DNA from: a virus
Taxonomy: Duplodnaviria > Caudoviricetes
Reading direction: 5' to 3' (one strand)
IMG/VR virus record: IMGVR_UViG_3300027754_000127
Location: 1-52,889 of that record
Length of the DNA stretch: 52,889 bases
The stretch's first letter is position 1, and every line of letters starts with the position of its first letter. The translations under genes and the position numbers were made by a program. The notes under the pieces are model-generated. The model was not told the origin of the DNA and did not search any database. It worked only from the letters and a program-made list of their open reading frames with translations. Positions 18,711 through 28,959 of this stretch are shown one piece after another.

Positions 18711-19246
18711 TTAAGCCTCCGCCACTTATTACAAAAATTAGGAGATTTTATTAATATTTTTTTTAGTTCAGCGGGTGTAGGGATATCTTTTGGTTTTTCT
18801 ATTAAACCAATCATTACTAATCCATTCATTGCCTGTTCAGAACAAATAATGCTATCAGAATTTTGATCTAAATTATGTATAAATTGATTTTTATCAAAAG
18901 GAGAAATAACGGCCCCAGTAGAATCGTACTTTTTGCCAACGCAAGATTTATTATATTTAGATAAATTTTCAACCCAGATATCATCAGGGCTATTTATAAT
19001 ATCTATACAATGTATTTTTGCGCCATTTGTTGCAAATTTTTTTATCCAATCTTCATATTTTATTAATTCTATTTTTTCACCACCAACATTTAAAACATAA
19101 TCGTTACAATAACTTGCGACATGCTCCACACTACTGCTGGTTGCAATCTGAATAATATATTTTAGAGGTTTGGTAAATAAAGTTTTAAATCGAAAAGGAG
19201 AACTTACGAACAAAACACTTATCTTGGTACTTGGTTTATTTAACAT
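18707..19246 (-). CDS. Permuted papain-like NlpC/P60 (YiiX/YaeF) amidase
   Basis: His before Cys: SSVEHVA...GKKYD...IICSE. Confidence 0.75.
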   Translation of the reverse strand: MLNKPSTKISVLFVSSPFRFKTLFTKPLKYIIQIATSSSVEHVASYCNDYVLNVGGEKIELIKYEDWIKKFATNGAKIHCIDIINSPDDIWVENLSKYNKSCVGKKYDSTGAVISPFDKNQFIHNLDQNSDSIICSEQAMNGLVMIGLIEKPKDIPTPAELKKILIKSPNFCNKWRRLN

Positions 19247-19261
19247 AAGTTATTATAATTA

Positions 19262-19795
19262 TTAAAACAATAAAATTTGATTCAATCTATAGCCGATTTT
19301 GAAATCATATTTTTCAATTTCTTCAATTGTTTTTAAAATTGCAATCGCTTTTCCGTGAATTTTTTTCGCTTTAAAATTTGCGTCAACTAACGCACCGATG
19401 TAAAGCCGAATCCCGATTAGAGCTGTCAAGTTTAACGGCATCTCAATCCCGTTTTGATACAACCATTTTGGATCGGCTTCGCCCTGCATTTTTTTAAAAT
19501 TTAACAAAGAAATTTGCTCATCAAGCAAATAACGAGTTTCAACGTCCACGCTAATTTTTGTTGAAGCACCATTTGCAAGTTTAATTGTAAAAATTTTCAC
19601 GGATTCGCTTGCGTGAAAATCATTTAATTCAGCAAGTTTTTTATCTTTTGCTTCTTTTAAATAATCAAACTTTTCATACTCCCCACCATTTTTAATCCAT
19701 TCTTGAATTTTTTGATAGTCGGTATTTTGTGAATCATTTGGAATAAACATTCCCGTTAATTGAAATCCGTTTTTTAATTCTTTTAAATTTTTCAT
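19262..19795 (-). CDS. Tail fibre assembly/chaperone (DUF4376-like)
   Basis: IPNDSQNTDYQKIQEW and LKEAKDKKLAEL; directly follows the tail fibre gene. Confidence 0.65.
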   Translation of the reverse strand: MKNLKELKNGFQLTGMFIPNDSQNTDYQKIQEWIKNGGEYEKFDYLKEAKDKKLAELNDFHASESVKIFTIKLANGASTKISVDVETRYLLDEQISLLNFKKMQGEADPKWLYQNGIEMPLNLTALIGIRLYIGALVDANFKAKKIHGKAIAILKTIEEIEKYDFKIGYRLNQILLF

Positions 19796-19802
19796 AAATT
19801 TT

Positions 19803-21029
19803 TTAAAGTTCGCTTATTGCAGAGTATTGAAAAAATAAATTTGTAAGTGTAGTTGCTGTTGTTGGACCAACATAAAAACCATCCTCAGCAGGATTATAAG
19901 AAGTTCCATCAATATCTATAGATCCAGTTGAAATTTTACCCGCAACTCCAGTTATTGGACTAAACAAGGTAATTGTCGGATTTGCTCGTTTTGTGACTTT
20001 AAAATAAACTGGACATAAATTCTGTTGAGCATTTTGACTGGAAAAGGCTCTTGATCCAATAGAAGTTAATGATCCTGCGACTGCTGATTGGTTATAAGTT
20101 TTCTCGTAATATCTTTGACATAACCTTAACTCATCAGCAAAAAATCTATGTTCAAAAGGAGTTGGTGCTAAATTTTTTTCAAGTTGGACCAAACTTAAAG
20201 TTCCAGTTCCAAATTCAATATTTAAATTTGTTCCGCCAGTTGCACTGCCAGTAATGCCACTTGCTCCATAAGAACCAGCCCCTATTTTTCCTTGAGCAGT
20301 GCCTGACCAAGAAAGGCAATAAGTATTTGAAACTAAATTATTACCCTCTATTACTTGTATTAGACTTCCTGCTGATATAGTAAGAGTTGTAATATTATTT
20401 GATGTTGCAAATGTATATGTGCAACCAGAGGCACCAGCTTTCCATCTATCATGACCATAAGACCCTGCGGTTAAAACTACTGTTCCACTCACAACTCTTT
20501 GGTTTATACTAAAATTGCCATTAATAATAACATTTTTGTTTGGCGTAAGGTAAGCAACGCCTTGGTTGGTGGCGGTGGCTGGTCTAATATCTTGAACCAA
20601 AACAAACGAAGTTCCATTATATCTAAACGTACAATCTTTTGTTGTTAGAATATCGCCAGCTGTTAAATCAGTTGAACCATCTTCTTTTTTAAGGTTTTTA
20701 GAACCAGCCCCATTAACATTTACAGTTGAAGCCCCAGAGTTAGCATTACCCGCACGGAATCTAATAGTCATTCCAGTAAAATAGGCTATTGTAGCACTTA
20801 CGGGATTGGTAAAAGAAGCAGCTAGAGTTAGAACATAAGCATCTGCTGCTCCGCTGTCTATGTAGAAGTTATTAGCGGCATATCTTGAAACTCCAATTGA
20901 AACTTGATTTAAAACTGCATCAGAAGAAGTTTGCCCAGAAGATGTTTGAACTGCCTCTAATTCTATTGTCATTTGGTTAAGTTCAGTGGCAGATACAGTA
21001 TTGCCATTTATTTTTGATACTATGTCCAT
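19803..21029 (-). CDS. Tail fibre / receptor-binding protein
   Basis: NVIINGNFSINQR, DRWK and TPFEHR...ELRLCQRYYEK motifs; follows the baseplate genes. Confidence 0.8.
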   Translation of the reverse strand: MDIVSKINGNTVSATELNQMTIELEAVQTSSGQTSSDAVLNQVSIGVSRYAANNFYIDSGAADAYVLTLAASFTNPVSATIAYFTGMTIRFRAGNANSGASTVNVNGAGSKNLKKEDGSTDLTAGDILTTKDCTFRYNGTSFVLVQDIRPATATNQGVAYLTPNKNVIINGNFSINQRVVSGTVVLTAGSYGHDRWKAGASGCTYTFATSNNITTLTISAGSLIQVIEGNNLVSNTYCLSWSGTAQGKIGAGSYGASGITGSATGGTNLNIEFGTGTLSLVQLEKNLAPTPFEHRFFADELRLCQRYYEKTYNQSAVAGSLTSIGSRAFSSQNAQQNLCPVYFKVTKRANPTITLFSPITGVAGKISTGSIDIDGTSYNPAEDGFYVGPTTATTLTNLFFQYSAISEL

Positions 21030-21030
21030 A

Positions 21031-21654
21031 TTATAAAATGTAATTAAAAACTATTGTTGTGTTTGCAGGCTTTAATTCTCTAAATAAACATTCCAAAACA
21101 GAACCTCCACCATCACAAAGCGTAAATGGAAGCACTAATGGAAATACTGAAATAGGGGCTAAACTTGTTGGCATATTTACAATCATTGTAAATCTTGCTT
21201 GCTTAGGGTTTGCAAATAAAGTAAATGGCAATGTTAATGGAAAAGTTCCATATTCTATGCCATTACTAATCTCAACTGTATATCCGAATAAAGCCGCTAA
21301 ATCTATAAAATCTTGCTCCGTTAAAACTCCTAAACTTCTTAATTTTATCAAAACTTGATTTCTCCTCTCATCGATAGAAAGGAAAGTAGTTTGATTAAAA
21401 CAATCATCTGGTAGCCCTACCGCACCCTCCCACAAAGCCATATAATTAGGGTCATTTGTAGTTAAGATATTAGTTCCATCCCAAACACTTTGAAATAAAG
21501 CATCAACTCTTTGAAACTCACCAGCCAAACCCATAAACATTTTATAAAGGTTTGATCCTATAATGTTTTTATTCGTAGCTAAACGGTCATTAAGGAAATA
21601 TTGCCCTAATGCCTGTTGGTGTTCTTCAACTGTATGTGCTTGAAAATTAGGCAT
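21031..21654 (-). CDS. Baseplate wedge protein (Mu gp48-like)
   Basis: WEGAVGLPD and LECLFRELKPANT. Confidence 0.85.
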   Translation of the reverse strand: MPNFQAHTVEEHQQALGQYFLNDRLATNKNIIGSNLYKMFMGLAGEFQRVDALFQSVWDGTNILTTNDPNYMALWEGAVGLPDDCFNQTTFLSIDERRNQVLIKLRSLGVLTEQDFIDLAALFGYTVEISNGIEYGTFPLTLPFTLFANPKQARFTMIVNMPTSLAPISVFPLVLPFTLCDGGGSVLECLFRELKPANTTIVFNYIL

Positions 21655-23199
21655 TTATACAAAATTTATTGTTCCAAGAGTCCCTATTTCATTCAATCCA
21701 ATAGTCGTATCTGCCGAAGGTAGTGATAATGTGTAAATAGGAACATTGCCGTTGCCGTCTATTGTTTGAGAAATTATTGCATTTAGGTCAGTAAGTTTAA
21801 CATTTTCTCCAACATTGTTTGAAATCTTAAAGAAATCAGTTAGTGAGCTAGTCAAAGCAGTTTGCATCGCTGTTGTGTTTGGGCTTAGGCTTGAAAAAGT
21901 AATGGCAATTGGAATGGCGGTTGGGGCAGATACAATCACATCATCATTATTCATATGAGCTGGCTTAATTTCTAAGATTTTATCTTTTACAGTATTAACT
22001 TCGGTCGAAGAAGGGATACTTAAATCATCATTATCACGAGTGAAAATTATTCTAACTTGCCCTTCTTCAACATAAGAATAAGAGGCTGTGATAGTGCCTG
22101 TGGCAGGGGTTGTTGGGCTTCCACTAACTACATAAGTAAAAGTATTAGCGTCTATAACAATAACTCTTTTTTGAACAACATTATATTGAGATTGAACAGC
22201 TCCAACTACTGTAACATAACTTCCATCAACAAGTCCGTGGGCGGTAGAAGTAGCAGTAGCTATTTGTCCGTTTCTTGTGATTGAAGAGATAGAAATTCCA
22301 GCAGAAGTAGTGTCAGGAGAAAATACCCAAACCCTCGTAACGCCAGTAATTGTCTTGGCTTGTCCGATTAAGGCATTAGTATTAAAGAATGAGAAAGGAA
22401 ATTGAATACGATATAAAACTCTTGCTCTGTATGAAGTAGCACTTTCTTGATCTGCTCCACCAGAAATCTCACCAAAATTAACAAAAGCACTATTATTTGC
22501 TCCAGAAATAGGGCTAGATAAAGTAAGAACTCCACCAGCAGTAATATTAGTAGCTGCTCCTTGAGTATTTGAATTAACCACTACACTAGCGGTTGTCCAT
22601 TGAGCAATTAAAGTGCCAGTAGGTGAGCCAGCAGTTCCAGCTTGAGTAAATTGAACTTGAGTTAAGGAAGTAACAGTAATTCTAACATTAGTAGCATTAA
22701 AATCAGTTGGTGTAGCACCAGTTATGGAAATAGTAATTCCGCTTGCTAATCCGTGAGCAGAAGCAAAATTTACAGTTACAGTTGACCCAGTCCTAGACAT
22801 AGAGGAAATTGAGACTGTATTTAATGCAATAGTTGTGTCGGATTGAGTAGTATAAACTAGGCCAGAGGCACTTTGTAAGGTAGTTCCAGAAGGAATTAAA
22901 GTTGTGGAAGTTCCGCTCAAAACAATAGTACCAGAAGAACCAACGGCGGGATTTTTAGTTATTCCATAAATATTACCCCATCTTGCGACATAAGCCTCCG
23001 AGGCAGTTTGAATAAAGAACTCATTAATCATCAGAGTAATCTTTTGATAATTATCGTAAATTCTACTAGCTACGGCTTTAAGTATTGAGGCTAAATATGA
23101 GGTAGGTAAAAATGCTCCGCTATCAGGAATCTGTGCGGTAAAGTCCGATACTAATCTATTATATACTTCCTTCTTATTTGAAGGTAAATTTGATGCCAT
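21655..23199 (-). CDS. Baseplate J-like protein (Mu gp47) with two inserted beta-domains
   Basis: GGADQES...YRARV and GVTRVWV motifs. Confidence 0.9.
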   Translation of the reverse strand: MASNLPSNKKEVYNRLVSDFTAQIPDSGAFLPTSYLASILKAVASRIYDNYQKITLMINEFFIQTASEAYVARWGNIYGITKNPAVGSSGTIVLSGTSTTLIPSGTTLQSASGLVYTTQSDTTIALNTVSISSMSRTGSTVTVNFASAHGLASGITISITGATPTDFNATNVRITVTSLTQVQFTQAGTAGSPTGTLIAQWTTASVVVNSNTQGAATNITAGGVLTLSSPISGANNSAFVNFGEISGGADQESATSYRARVLYRIQFPFSFFNTNALIGQAKTITGVTRVWVFSPDTTSAGISISSITRNGQIATATSTAHGLVDGSYVTVVGAVQSQYNVVQKRVIVIDANTFTYVVSGSPTTPATGTITASYSYVEEGQVRIIFTRDNDDLSIPSSTEVNTVKDKILEIKPAHMNNDDVIVSAPTAIPIAITFSSLSPNTTAMQTALTSSLTDFFKISNNVGENVKLTDLNAIISQTIDGNGNVPIYTLSLPSADTTIGLNEIGTLGTINFV

Positions 23200-23213
23200 T
23201 CGCTGTGGTGAAG

Positions 23214-23666
23214 CTATGTGTTATTTACAGTATTAATCCATAAGTCATAATATTGCACAAATTCTGTGTTATCATTTCTTATTGCAACGATCTTAATTCC
23301 TAAAGCCTCTTTGTCAACTATTTTATATACCTCAATATTAATTTCTTTTGCAATTCCTTTAGTTATATAATGTTCGAATCCCTCTTCCAAAATGTTTTCC
23401 AAAAGATTATTCACTTCATTATCTAAAGCAGATTGATAAACCGTCCAAACCAAAGAGCCTTGTTCAAATCCATCATCGTTTAGTTCGTTTCCAATCCAAC
23501 CACCTCTTGATCTTGGGTCTTCAATCGTTTCATCTCTTTTTTGGCAGAAAATTGTCATCAGAAATGAAGTCTCAAGTCCTTCCGTTAAGGTAAAATCACC
23601 ATTAGTGAAGGAAATATCATAATTTCCATTATCATCTTTAGTTAATTTTAAATCTTTTATTGACAT
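23214..23666 (-). CDS. Baseplate protein (Mu gp46-like)
   Basis: RGGWIGN...GSLVW. Confidence 0.8.
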   Translation of the reverse strand: MSIKDLKLTKDDNGNYDISFTNGDFTLTEGLETSFLMTIFCQKRDETIEDPRSRGGWIGNELNDDGFEQGSLVWTVYQSALDNEVNNLLENILEEGFEHYITKGIAKEINIEVYKIVDKEALGIKIVAIRNDNTEFVQYYDLWINTVNNT

Positions 23667-23753
23667 AAATAAAATTTTTTTTATATTTTAATTAAGAAGT
23701 TGGGGCGGAATTTCCCCACGATGGCTTCTTAGGCGTAGTAGACTTAAAAACTA

Positions 23754-24299
23754 CTACGATATTAATCCGTGAGCTTGCAATCTAGCTTTCAAAGCAATAA
23801 TTGCAGTTCTAGCTTCTGCATCAATAACAGCACCACCCGAAGGATTTGAAACTGACGCACCTTGGCTTCCAACTACTTTAATATTATTTACTTTTAAAAC
23901 TCCACCTAAATTTATATCTTGACTAAAATTACCCTCTGGCGTGGTAACGGTTATTTTCTGGTCGCCAGTCGCTTCAATTAAAATTGAGCCATCTTGTTTT
24001 AAATAAACTTTATTTCCCTTTGCTCCATAGATAATTTTTTCTCCTTGTTGAATTAAAGGGGCGTTATCTATGTCGTAAGGCATCACATAATTCATTCCAT
24101 ATTCGCAACCAATCTGAAAAACCACACATTGATCTCCAACAGCAGGGCAGGCATTATCTCCTGTTAGATAGATTAAAACCCCCTCTTCTATGTCTTGACA
24201 AGTTGGGTCTTGGAATTGAACTCGTATTCTTCCAAGTTCTCCAACAAATTCTAATTTTATAATTTCTGCTATACGGATATTATTCATCTTTTGGAACAA
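23754..24299 (-). CDS. Baseplate spike (Mu gp45/gpV-like)
   Basis: OB-like N-terminus, GEKIIY..KGNKVYL and C-terminal AVIDAEARTAI...HGLI. Confidence 0.75.
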   Translation of the reverse strand: MFQKMNNIRIAEIIKLEFVGELGRIRVQFQDPTCQDIEEGVLIYLTGDNACPAVGDQCVVFQIGCEYGMNYVMPYDIDNAPLIQQGEKIIYGAKGNKVYLKQDGSILIEATGDQKITVTTPEGNFSQDINLGGVLKVNNIKVVGSQGASVSNPSGGAVIDAEARTAIIALKARLQAHGLIS

Positions 24300-25509
24300 A
24301 TGCGGATTGATTTTTACCTCTTTTTCCTCTTTTGATTTTTATTTCAAAAACAGAATCGGTGTAAGATAAAGGATCGACTAAAGTCATTTCGCTTTTAGTT
24401 CCGCTCATATCTTTTTTATATTTTATGGACTTAATTAATAAATTTTTATCAACATCATTTTGAGAATCATAAACAGAAACTAACTGATTAATTCTCCACA
24501 AAGGATTCTTTGAAAAGTCTAAACCTTGAATTTCATTTAAGTTCTGTCTCCAGCCATAAACAGAACAATTATATTCAAATGATCTCGCTCTGCGAATATT
24601 ACATTCCCATTCTGCTCTTTTGGCGCAGTTTGCAGGGCTTAAATTTGAAACATTATCTAAAAATTTTCTAGTTTTTCTTATCTCACCATCATAAAAAATA
24701 CCTGAATACTGAACGGCGTTATCTTTTAAAGTATCGGGCAATTTTTCTTCCGCAGCAATAGTCTTGGAAACTGTTGGTGAAATATTTGTTCCACTAGAAA
24801 GAATTTTATACTCATAATATCTGCGAGAATCATCACGAACAACATTAGGGTCTATAATGTTATTTCTTAAATTAGGGTTGTTAGCAAAAGTATCATTCAC
24901 TAAAATTGTGAGTGCTTTTTCTTGTCCTATTTTTCTAATAATAACATTTCCACTTCCATCAGTTCCTATAACTAACCTTCTTTTATCAGCTAGTCTTTGG
25001 ATTAAATTATAAGCACTTTCATCTTTGCCAAAACCAATACTTTCGTTTGTTTGGAATTTCTCAATATCACCATATTCATTAATCACAGAGACTTGGGATT
25101 GTTGTAATTCTCTCTGAAGTCCAATAATTTTATTTTTAGAGACAATCTCATAACCTGTCTGAGTCAAAAGTTTTTCTAAAATCTCTAAAAATTCAATTGG
25201 GGTTTTGAAAGTTTTGTTTGAAACACGACTATCTGCAAAATCACAAAGTTTATCCCTGCCAGAAATTTGTAAATTAACGCTATCTTTAGAACAGGTTTTT
25301 CTTTGTTTCTCGATAAAACCAGTAAGCATTGTTTCGCCATCAATCTTAACTTTGATTGCTTTTCCTTGAGTAATCGACTCATTACTTTCGACAGGAATAT
25401 TGATTCCAATATCAAAAGAAAATCCAAAAGTATCTAGGTCAGTGTCAATATTAACACTTTTAAAAGTTTGGAAAACCTTGCCGTCAATGTCTACTGTAAG
25501 GATATTCAT
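24280..25509 (-). CDS. Baseplate hub (Mu gp44/gpP-like)
   Basis: ISGRDKLCDFADS and PLWRINQLV; gene order. Confidence 0.85.
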   Translation of the reverse strand: MNILTVDIDGKVFQTFKSVNIDTDLDTFGFSFDIGINIPVESNESITQGKAIKVKIDGETMLTGFIEKQRKTCSKDSVNLQISGRDKLCDFADSRVSNKTFKTPIEFLEILEKLLTQTGYEIVSKNKIIGLQRELQQSQVSVINEYGDIEKFQTNESIGFGKDESAYNLIQRLADKRRLVIGTDGSGNVIIRKIGQEKALTILVNDTFANNPNLRNNIIDPNVVRDDSRRYYEYKILSSGTNISPTVSKTIAAEEKLPDTLKDNAVQYSGIFYDGEIRKTRKFLDNVSNLSPANCAKRAEWECNIRRARSFEYNCSVYGWRQNLNEIQGLDFSKNPLWRINQLVSVYDSQNDVDKNLLIKSIKYKKDMSGTKSEMTLVDPLSYTDSVFEIKIKRGKRGKNQSAFVPKDE

Positions 25510-26747
25510 TGAGATAATGCGGTTATATTACCAGAAATAAAACAAGGGTCTTCTACTGCGTTAAGGGCATTTAACTCATCCGAACGAGTGCTGTCGCCGT
25601 AAAGATTATAAGCCAAAACAGCAGTTGGAATTAAGTTTGTTCTTAAAGAGACATAATAAGGCAAAGTAGCTCTTGCGTTCTGTAAAAGAAGTCTGTTTTG
25701 CGTTCTCATTTCTTGAAGGTCATAATAAACATCTTCATTAACAGAGTCGGGGTCTAAAGTCTCGAATGCTTCATTTAGCCTAGCAAGCATTGAGTCAATA
25801 TCGCTTTGGGAGGTAAAAGTAATATTGGTCGTAGCAAGGTAAGCTATTGTAAGGCACGCAACATCAGTATAATTAGCCAAAGCAATTTTATTGGTATTTA
25901 ACTGGGTAATTAAAGCGGAGCTTCCAGTGATTTTAGTTCTATCACTCGATCCAAATATCTGTAAAACAATATTGGTCATTATATTAAAATCATCCGTAAT
26001 AGTAGCAATACTATTATAAATAGTCGTAAATCTTCTAGCTAAGTTCGTTGGTGTTTGCATCAAGGTAATAATCGAGGAGCTTAAATCCTTAATGTCAGCA
26101 CTAAAAGCCGCTACTTCATCAGCCACTCCGTTCGTAGTAGAAACAACATTATTAATCGTTTGGGTATTTTCTTGAAGAGAATCTCTTCCTTGGTTCCAAA
26201 GTTCTATATTTTTATTGTAATAATCCAATGCTTGACCAAGAATTGATTCATTATTCCCAAAAGTTTTATCGTAAAGATTAGCCAAGAATCCTTGATTGCC
26301 TTCGGTAGAAGTTGGGAAGATATTTAAAGTGCTTTCTAAGAATGTAATCCTAAAACCAACAACTCCGTTTTCAGTGATAAAGTCTTCACTCATTGAAGCT
26401 GGCTGTGGAACTACTTTTTTCTTGCCTAATGTAGGGTGAGTTAAAACTCCAATGCCTTGTGTTTCAAGGGCTTTCATTAAAGCATTTCTTGATCTCTTAT
26501 AAGCAGAGGCGGTTGTTTCTTGAATCTCAATATCTAAAACATATTTGCCAGAATTTTTACCCAAGTCTTCAACATAGCGATTATCAGAATTAGGATATTC
26601 GTGGACTACTGTTTTTCTGCCAAGTTCAGGCATTTCTGCATTTCTTGCATAGAATCTAACGGTCTTTCCGCCGATTGCATAACTTGCTCTATAAAATGAA
26701 CTTAATACTGTCATCTTTGCCCCGCTATTACTGTTGATGGTCGCCAC
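25506..26747 (-). CDS. DNA circularisation protein (Mu gpN-like; likely start at 26714)
   Basis: GRKTVVHEYP...VEDLG, GVLTHPTLG and LAYNLYGD motifs. Confidence 0.85.
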   Translation of the reverse strand: MATINSNSGAKMTVLSSFYRASYAIGGKTVRFYARNAEMPELGRKTVVHEYPNSDNRYVEDLGKNSGKYVLDIEIQETTASAYKRSRNALMKALETQGIGVLTHPTLGKKKVVPQPASMSEDFITENGVVGFRITFLESTLNIFPTSTEGNQGFLANLYDKTFGNNESILGQALDYYNKNIELWNQGRDSLQENTQTINNVVSTTNGVADEVAAFSADIKDLSSSIITLMQTPTNLARRFTTIYNSIATITDDFNIMTNIVLQIFGSSDRTKITGSSALITQLNTNKIALANYTDVACLTIAYLATTNITFTSQSDIDSMLARLNEAFETLDPDSVNEDVYYDLQEMRTQNRLLLQNARATLPYYVSLRTNLIPTAVLAYNLYGDSTRSDELNALNAVEDPCFISGNITALSQ

Positions 26748-28462
26748 ATAGACATATTAGGTTGGCTTGTCTGAACACTAAAGAAGTCTGGCATATTTTC
26801 TGTTGTGATTTTTACTATTACTTCTTGTGGTTTTTGAGGAATATTATTTTGTTGGGCATTATTCTGCATTGATGGTGCGCTAAAATAGTAGTTCTTCCAG
26901 TCTCTCATAGCCTGTCTACCTAATTCTTTTTCTCCCATTGCTCCAGCTACTGCAACTTCGCCAAGCATACTAGCAGTTTTAAATGGGGCTTTTATTAGTT
27001 CACCAGTTCCGTCAACCATAACATCTTTTAATCCACCAGCCATTCCTTTTACAATCTTAAATAATTTGCTATCGCCGAAAGCATTATCCATTATTGTAAA
27101 TGATTCAGTAATAGTTTTGATTGAGGTTACTGATTGATTTATAGCATCAGTCAATCCCCTAATCGCACCTATTTGTAAGTCGTATGTGCTTATTCCTAAT
27201 GTAGAAGCGAGTTGTTGACCTGCCGTAGATAATCTGTTTTCTTCACCTTGCATCTTAAATGATTTTTCAATCATTTCTTTACCAAACTTTTCATTAATAA
27301 CTTTTATTAATTCTCTTAGCATCAAATCAGAGCTTAGTTTGCCAGTTGCCATTGATTTTATAAATTCAGTGGAGGCATTTTGCATTGTTATATCTTTCCG
27401 CCCTCCTTTTTGAGCTAGTCTAAAAAATGCTTCGTGCAACATCGGTTTAATACCAGGTAATTGCTGCGTTTGTAAGTTGATCTCTTGAGCCTGTAAAGTT
27501 TGTTTAGTCAGCATTTGTTGGAATGCGACCATAGTATCTTGAATAGCAGGTCCTTTCAAACCTAATAAACTTCCATAACCACCAATATTTTCTACCAATC
27601 CTCTAGCTAGTGAAGCATCAGTTTTTCCACCAGTTCCCAACATTTGAACATAAGAAGGAGCAATATCGTTAAAACTTAAACCATATTTATTTGATACTCC
27701 TTTTATGTAATCTATTTCAGATTGGGCCGTGGCTTTTTCCAGTCCTTTAACATTTGGAATTAAGGCAGATAACGAAGCTCGCAAGGAATCCATTTGAACT
27801 GTTGTATCGTGAACATATTTGACTGATCTTCCAACTGTGTAAGCTGCTCCTGCAAAACCTAAACCAGAGGCAACACTACTCATAGAACCAAAGCCATTAC
27901 CTAGTAATCCACCAGCAACTCCATATTTAACACCAAATTCTTTTGGGGTTTTTTCAATACTTTCAAATTTACCAAGTTGATTATTAAATGCAACTTTAGT
28001 AAATGCTCCAGATGGTGCTAACATAGCACTAGAAACATTCATTCTAGTGGCTCTTATCCTATTTCCAAAAATTCTTTCTTCCTGAATCTTGACTCGAGAT
28101 AAAGTATTTACTGCCTGTTTATTTAGGAGTTGTTTTTGAGATAAGGTTTTAAGATTTGTTGCTCCTGCAATAGCATTATCTTTTTCAGCTAACGAAGCGG
28201 CTTTTGTAGTCTTAGCAATGTTGCTTTTGAGGAATAAAGTCTTTGATAGCCCGATTCTTTCTTCGTGCATCCATTGCTTATGCTGCCTCCATTCTTCTTG
28301 TTGGATTTTAGAATAATTTATTCGTGCTTTACGAGTTTTTTCTTCTTGTTCGGTAAATTTCTTTGTAGACTTGCCAACAGAATTGAGACTGTCATTGAAT
28401 TTCTTGATATTATCAGAATAACCATCAAGGACTTCTAATATGTAGGATATTTTGTCGCTCAT
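26711..28462 (-). CDS. Tape measure protein
   Basis: Long helical protein with a tape-measure domain (QQMLTKQTLQAQEIN); gene order. Confidence 0.85.
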   Translation of the reverse strand: MSDKISYILEVLDGYSDNIKKFNDSLNSVGKSTKKFTEQEEKTRKARINYSKIQQEEWRQHKQWMHEERIGLSKTLFLKSNIAKTTKAASLAEKDNAIAGATNLKTLSQKQLLNKQAVNTLSRVKIQEERIFGNRIRATRMNVSSAMLAPSGAFTKVAFNNQLGKFESIEKTPKEFGVKYGVAGGLLGNGFGSMSSVASGLGFAGAAYTVGRSVKYVHDTTVQMDSLRASLSALIPNVKGLEKATAQSEIDYIKGVSNKYGLSFNDIAPSYVQMLGTGGKTDASLARGLVENIGGYGSLLGLKGPAIQDTMVAFQQMLTKQTLQAQEINLQTQQLPGIKPMLHEAFFRLAQKGGRKDITMQNASTEFIKSMATGKLSSDLMLRELIKVINEKFGKEMIEKSFKMQGEENRLSTAGQQLASTLGISTYDLQIGAIRGLTDAINQSVTSIKTITESFTIMDNAFGDSKLFKIVKGMAGGLKDVMVDGTGELIKAPFKTASMLGEVAVAGAMGEKELGRQAMRDWKNYYFSAPSMQNNAQQNNIPQKPQEVIVKITTENMPDFFSVQTSQPNMSMWRPSTVIAGQR

Positions 28463-28692
28463 CTGCCTCTCCTTTTAGATTCGTTTTCAGCTTTTTCTTG
28501 TGCGGCTTTTGCTTTTTGATGTTCAGTTTGATTGTCTTTTATAGCTATATCAAACCATTCAAAAAGTTCGGGAAAAGGCATATCTTTAATATCATTGTAA
28601 GAGAACGGACTATGTTTTAAAAAGCTATAAATAGATTCTTTAAACTTCCGCCTTTCTACTCTATTGGTGAGAAAGGCTGTGTGTCTAAAAAA
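28459..28692 (-). CDS. -1 frameshift extension of the tail assembly chaperone
   Basis: T TTT TTA slippery site at 28692-28686. The -1 frame (YNDIKDMPFPELFEWF) is open to a TGA that overlaps the tape-measure ATG. Confidence 0.75.
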   Translation of the reverse strand, partial: FFRHTAFLTNRVERRKFKESIYSFLKHSPFSYNDIKDMPFPELFEWFDIAIKDNQTEHQKAKAAQEKAENESKRRGR

Positions 28693-28958
28693 TTTGCGTG
28701 ATACTCCTTATGTAGAATTTTAGCTGTTCTATATTCCATTGATTCCACTTTAATTTTTCCTTCTTGGATAGGAGAAATATATCCTTTTTGACAAAGGAAT
28801 TTTAAAATAGTATAGGAATTTGTTTCATCAATAGAATCTATTTCACAAAACTTAAGAGCAAACATTTTAACTTTGTTTGTTTTCTGTAAAGTTCCATTTT
28901 TATCAAAGTATTCACTTTCAGATAAAAGCTCGTATTCTTTTTCTTTTAAAAGTTCCAT
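28656..28958 (-). CDS. Tail assembly chaperone
   Basis: Lies between tube and tape measure and carries the slippery site. Confidence 0.75.
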   Translation of the reverse strand: MELLKEKEYELLSESEYFDKNGTLQKTNKVKMFALKFCEIDSIDETNSYTILKFLCQKGYISPIQEGKIKVESMEYRTAKILHKEYHANFLDTQPFSPIE

Positions 28959-28959
28959 A

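Noticed and set aside
19238-19248. Second dif site (perfect XerD arm ATTTAACATAA)
   Set aside because: There is no XerC arm at 6-bp spacing, and it coincides with the ATG TTA AAT start of ORF 19246 in AT-rich DNA.
23202-23213. GCTGTGGTG as a Chi site
   Set aside because: It is not GCTGGTGG. Its placement in hairpin loops at start codons fits a regulatory motif better.
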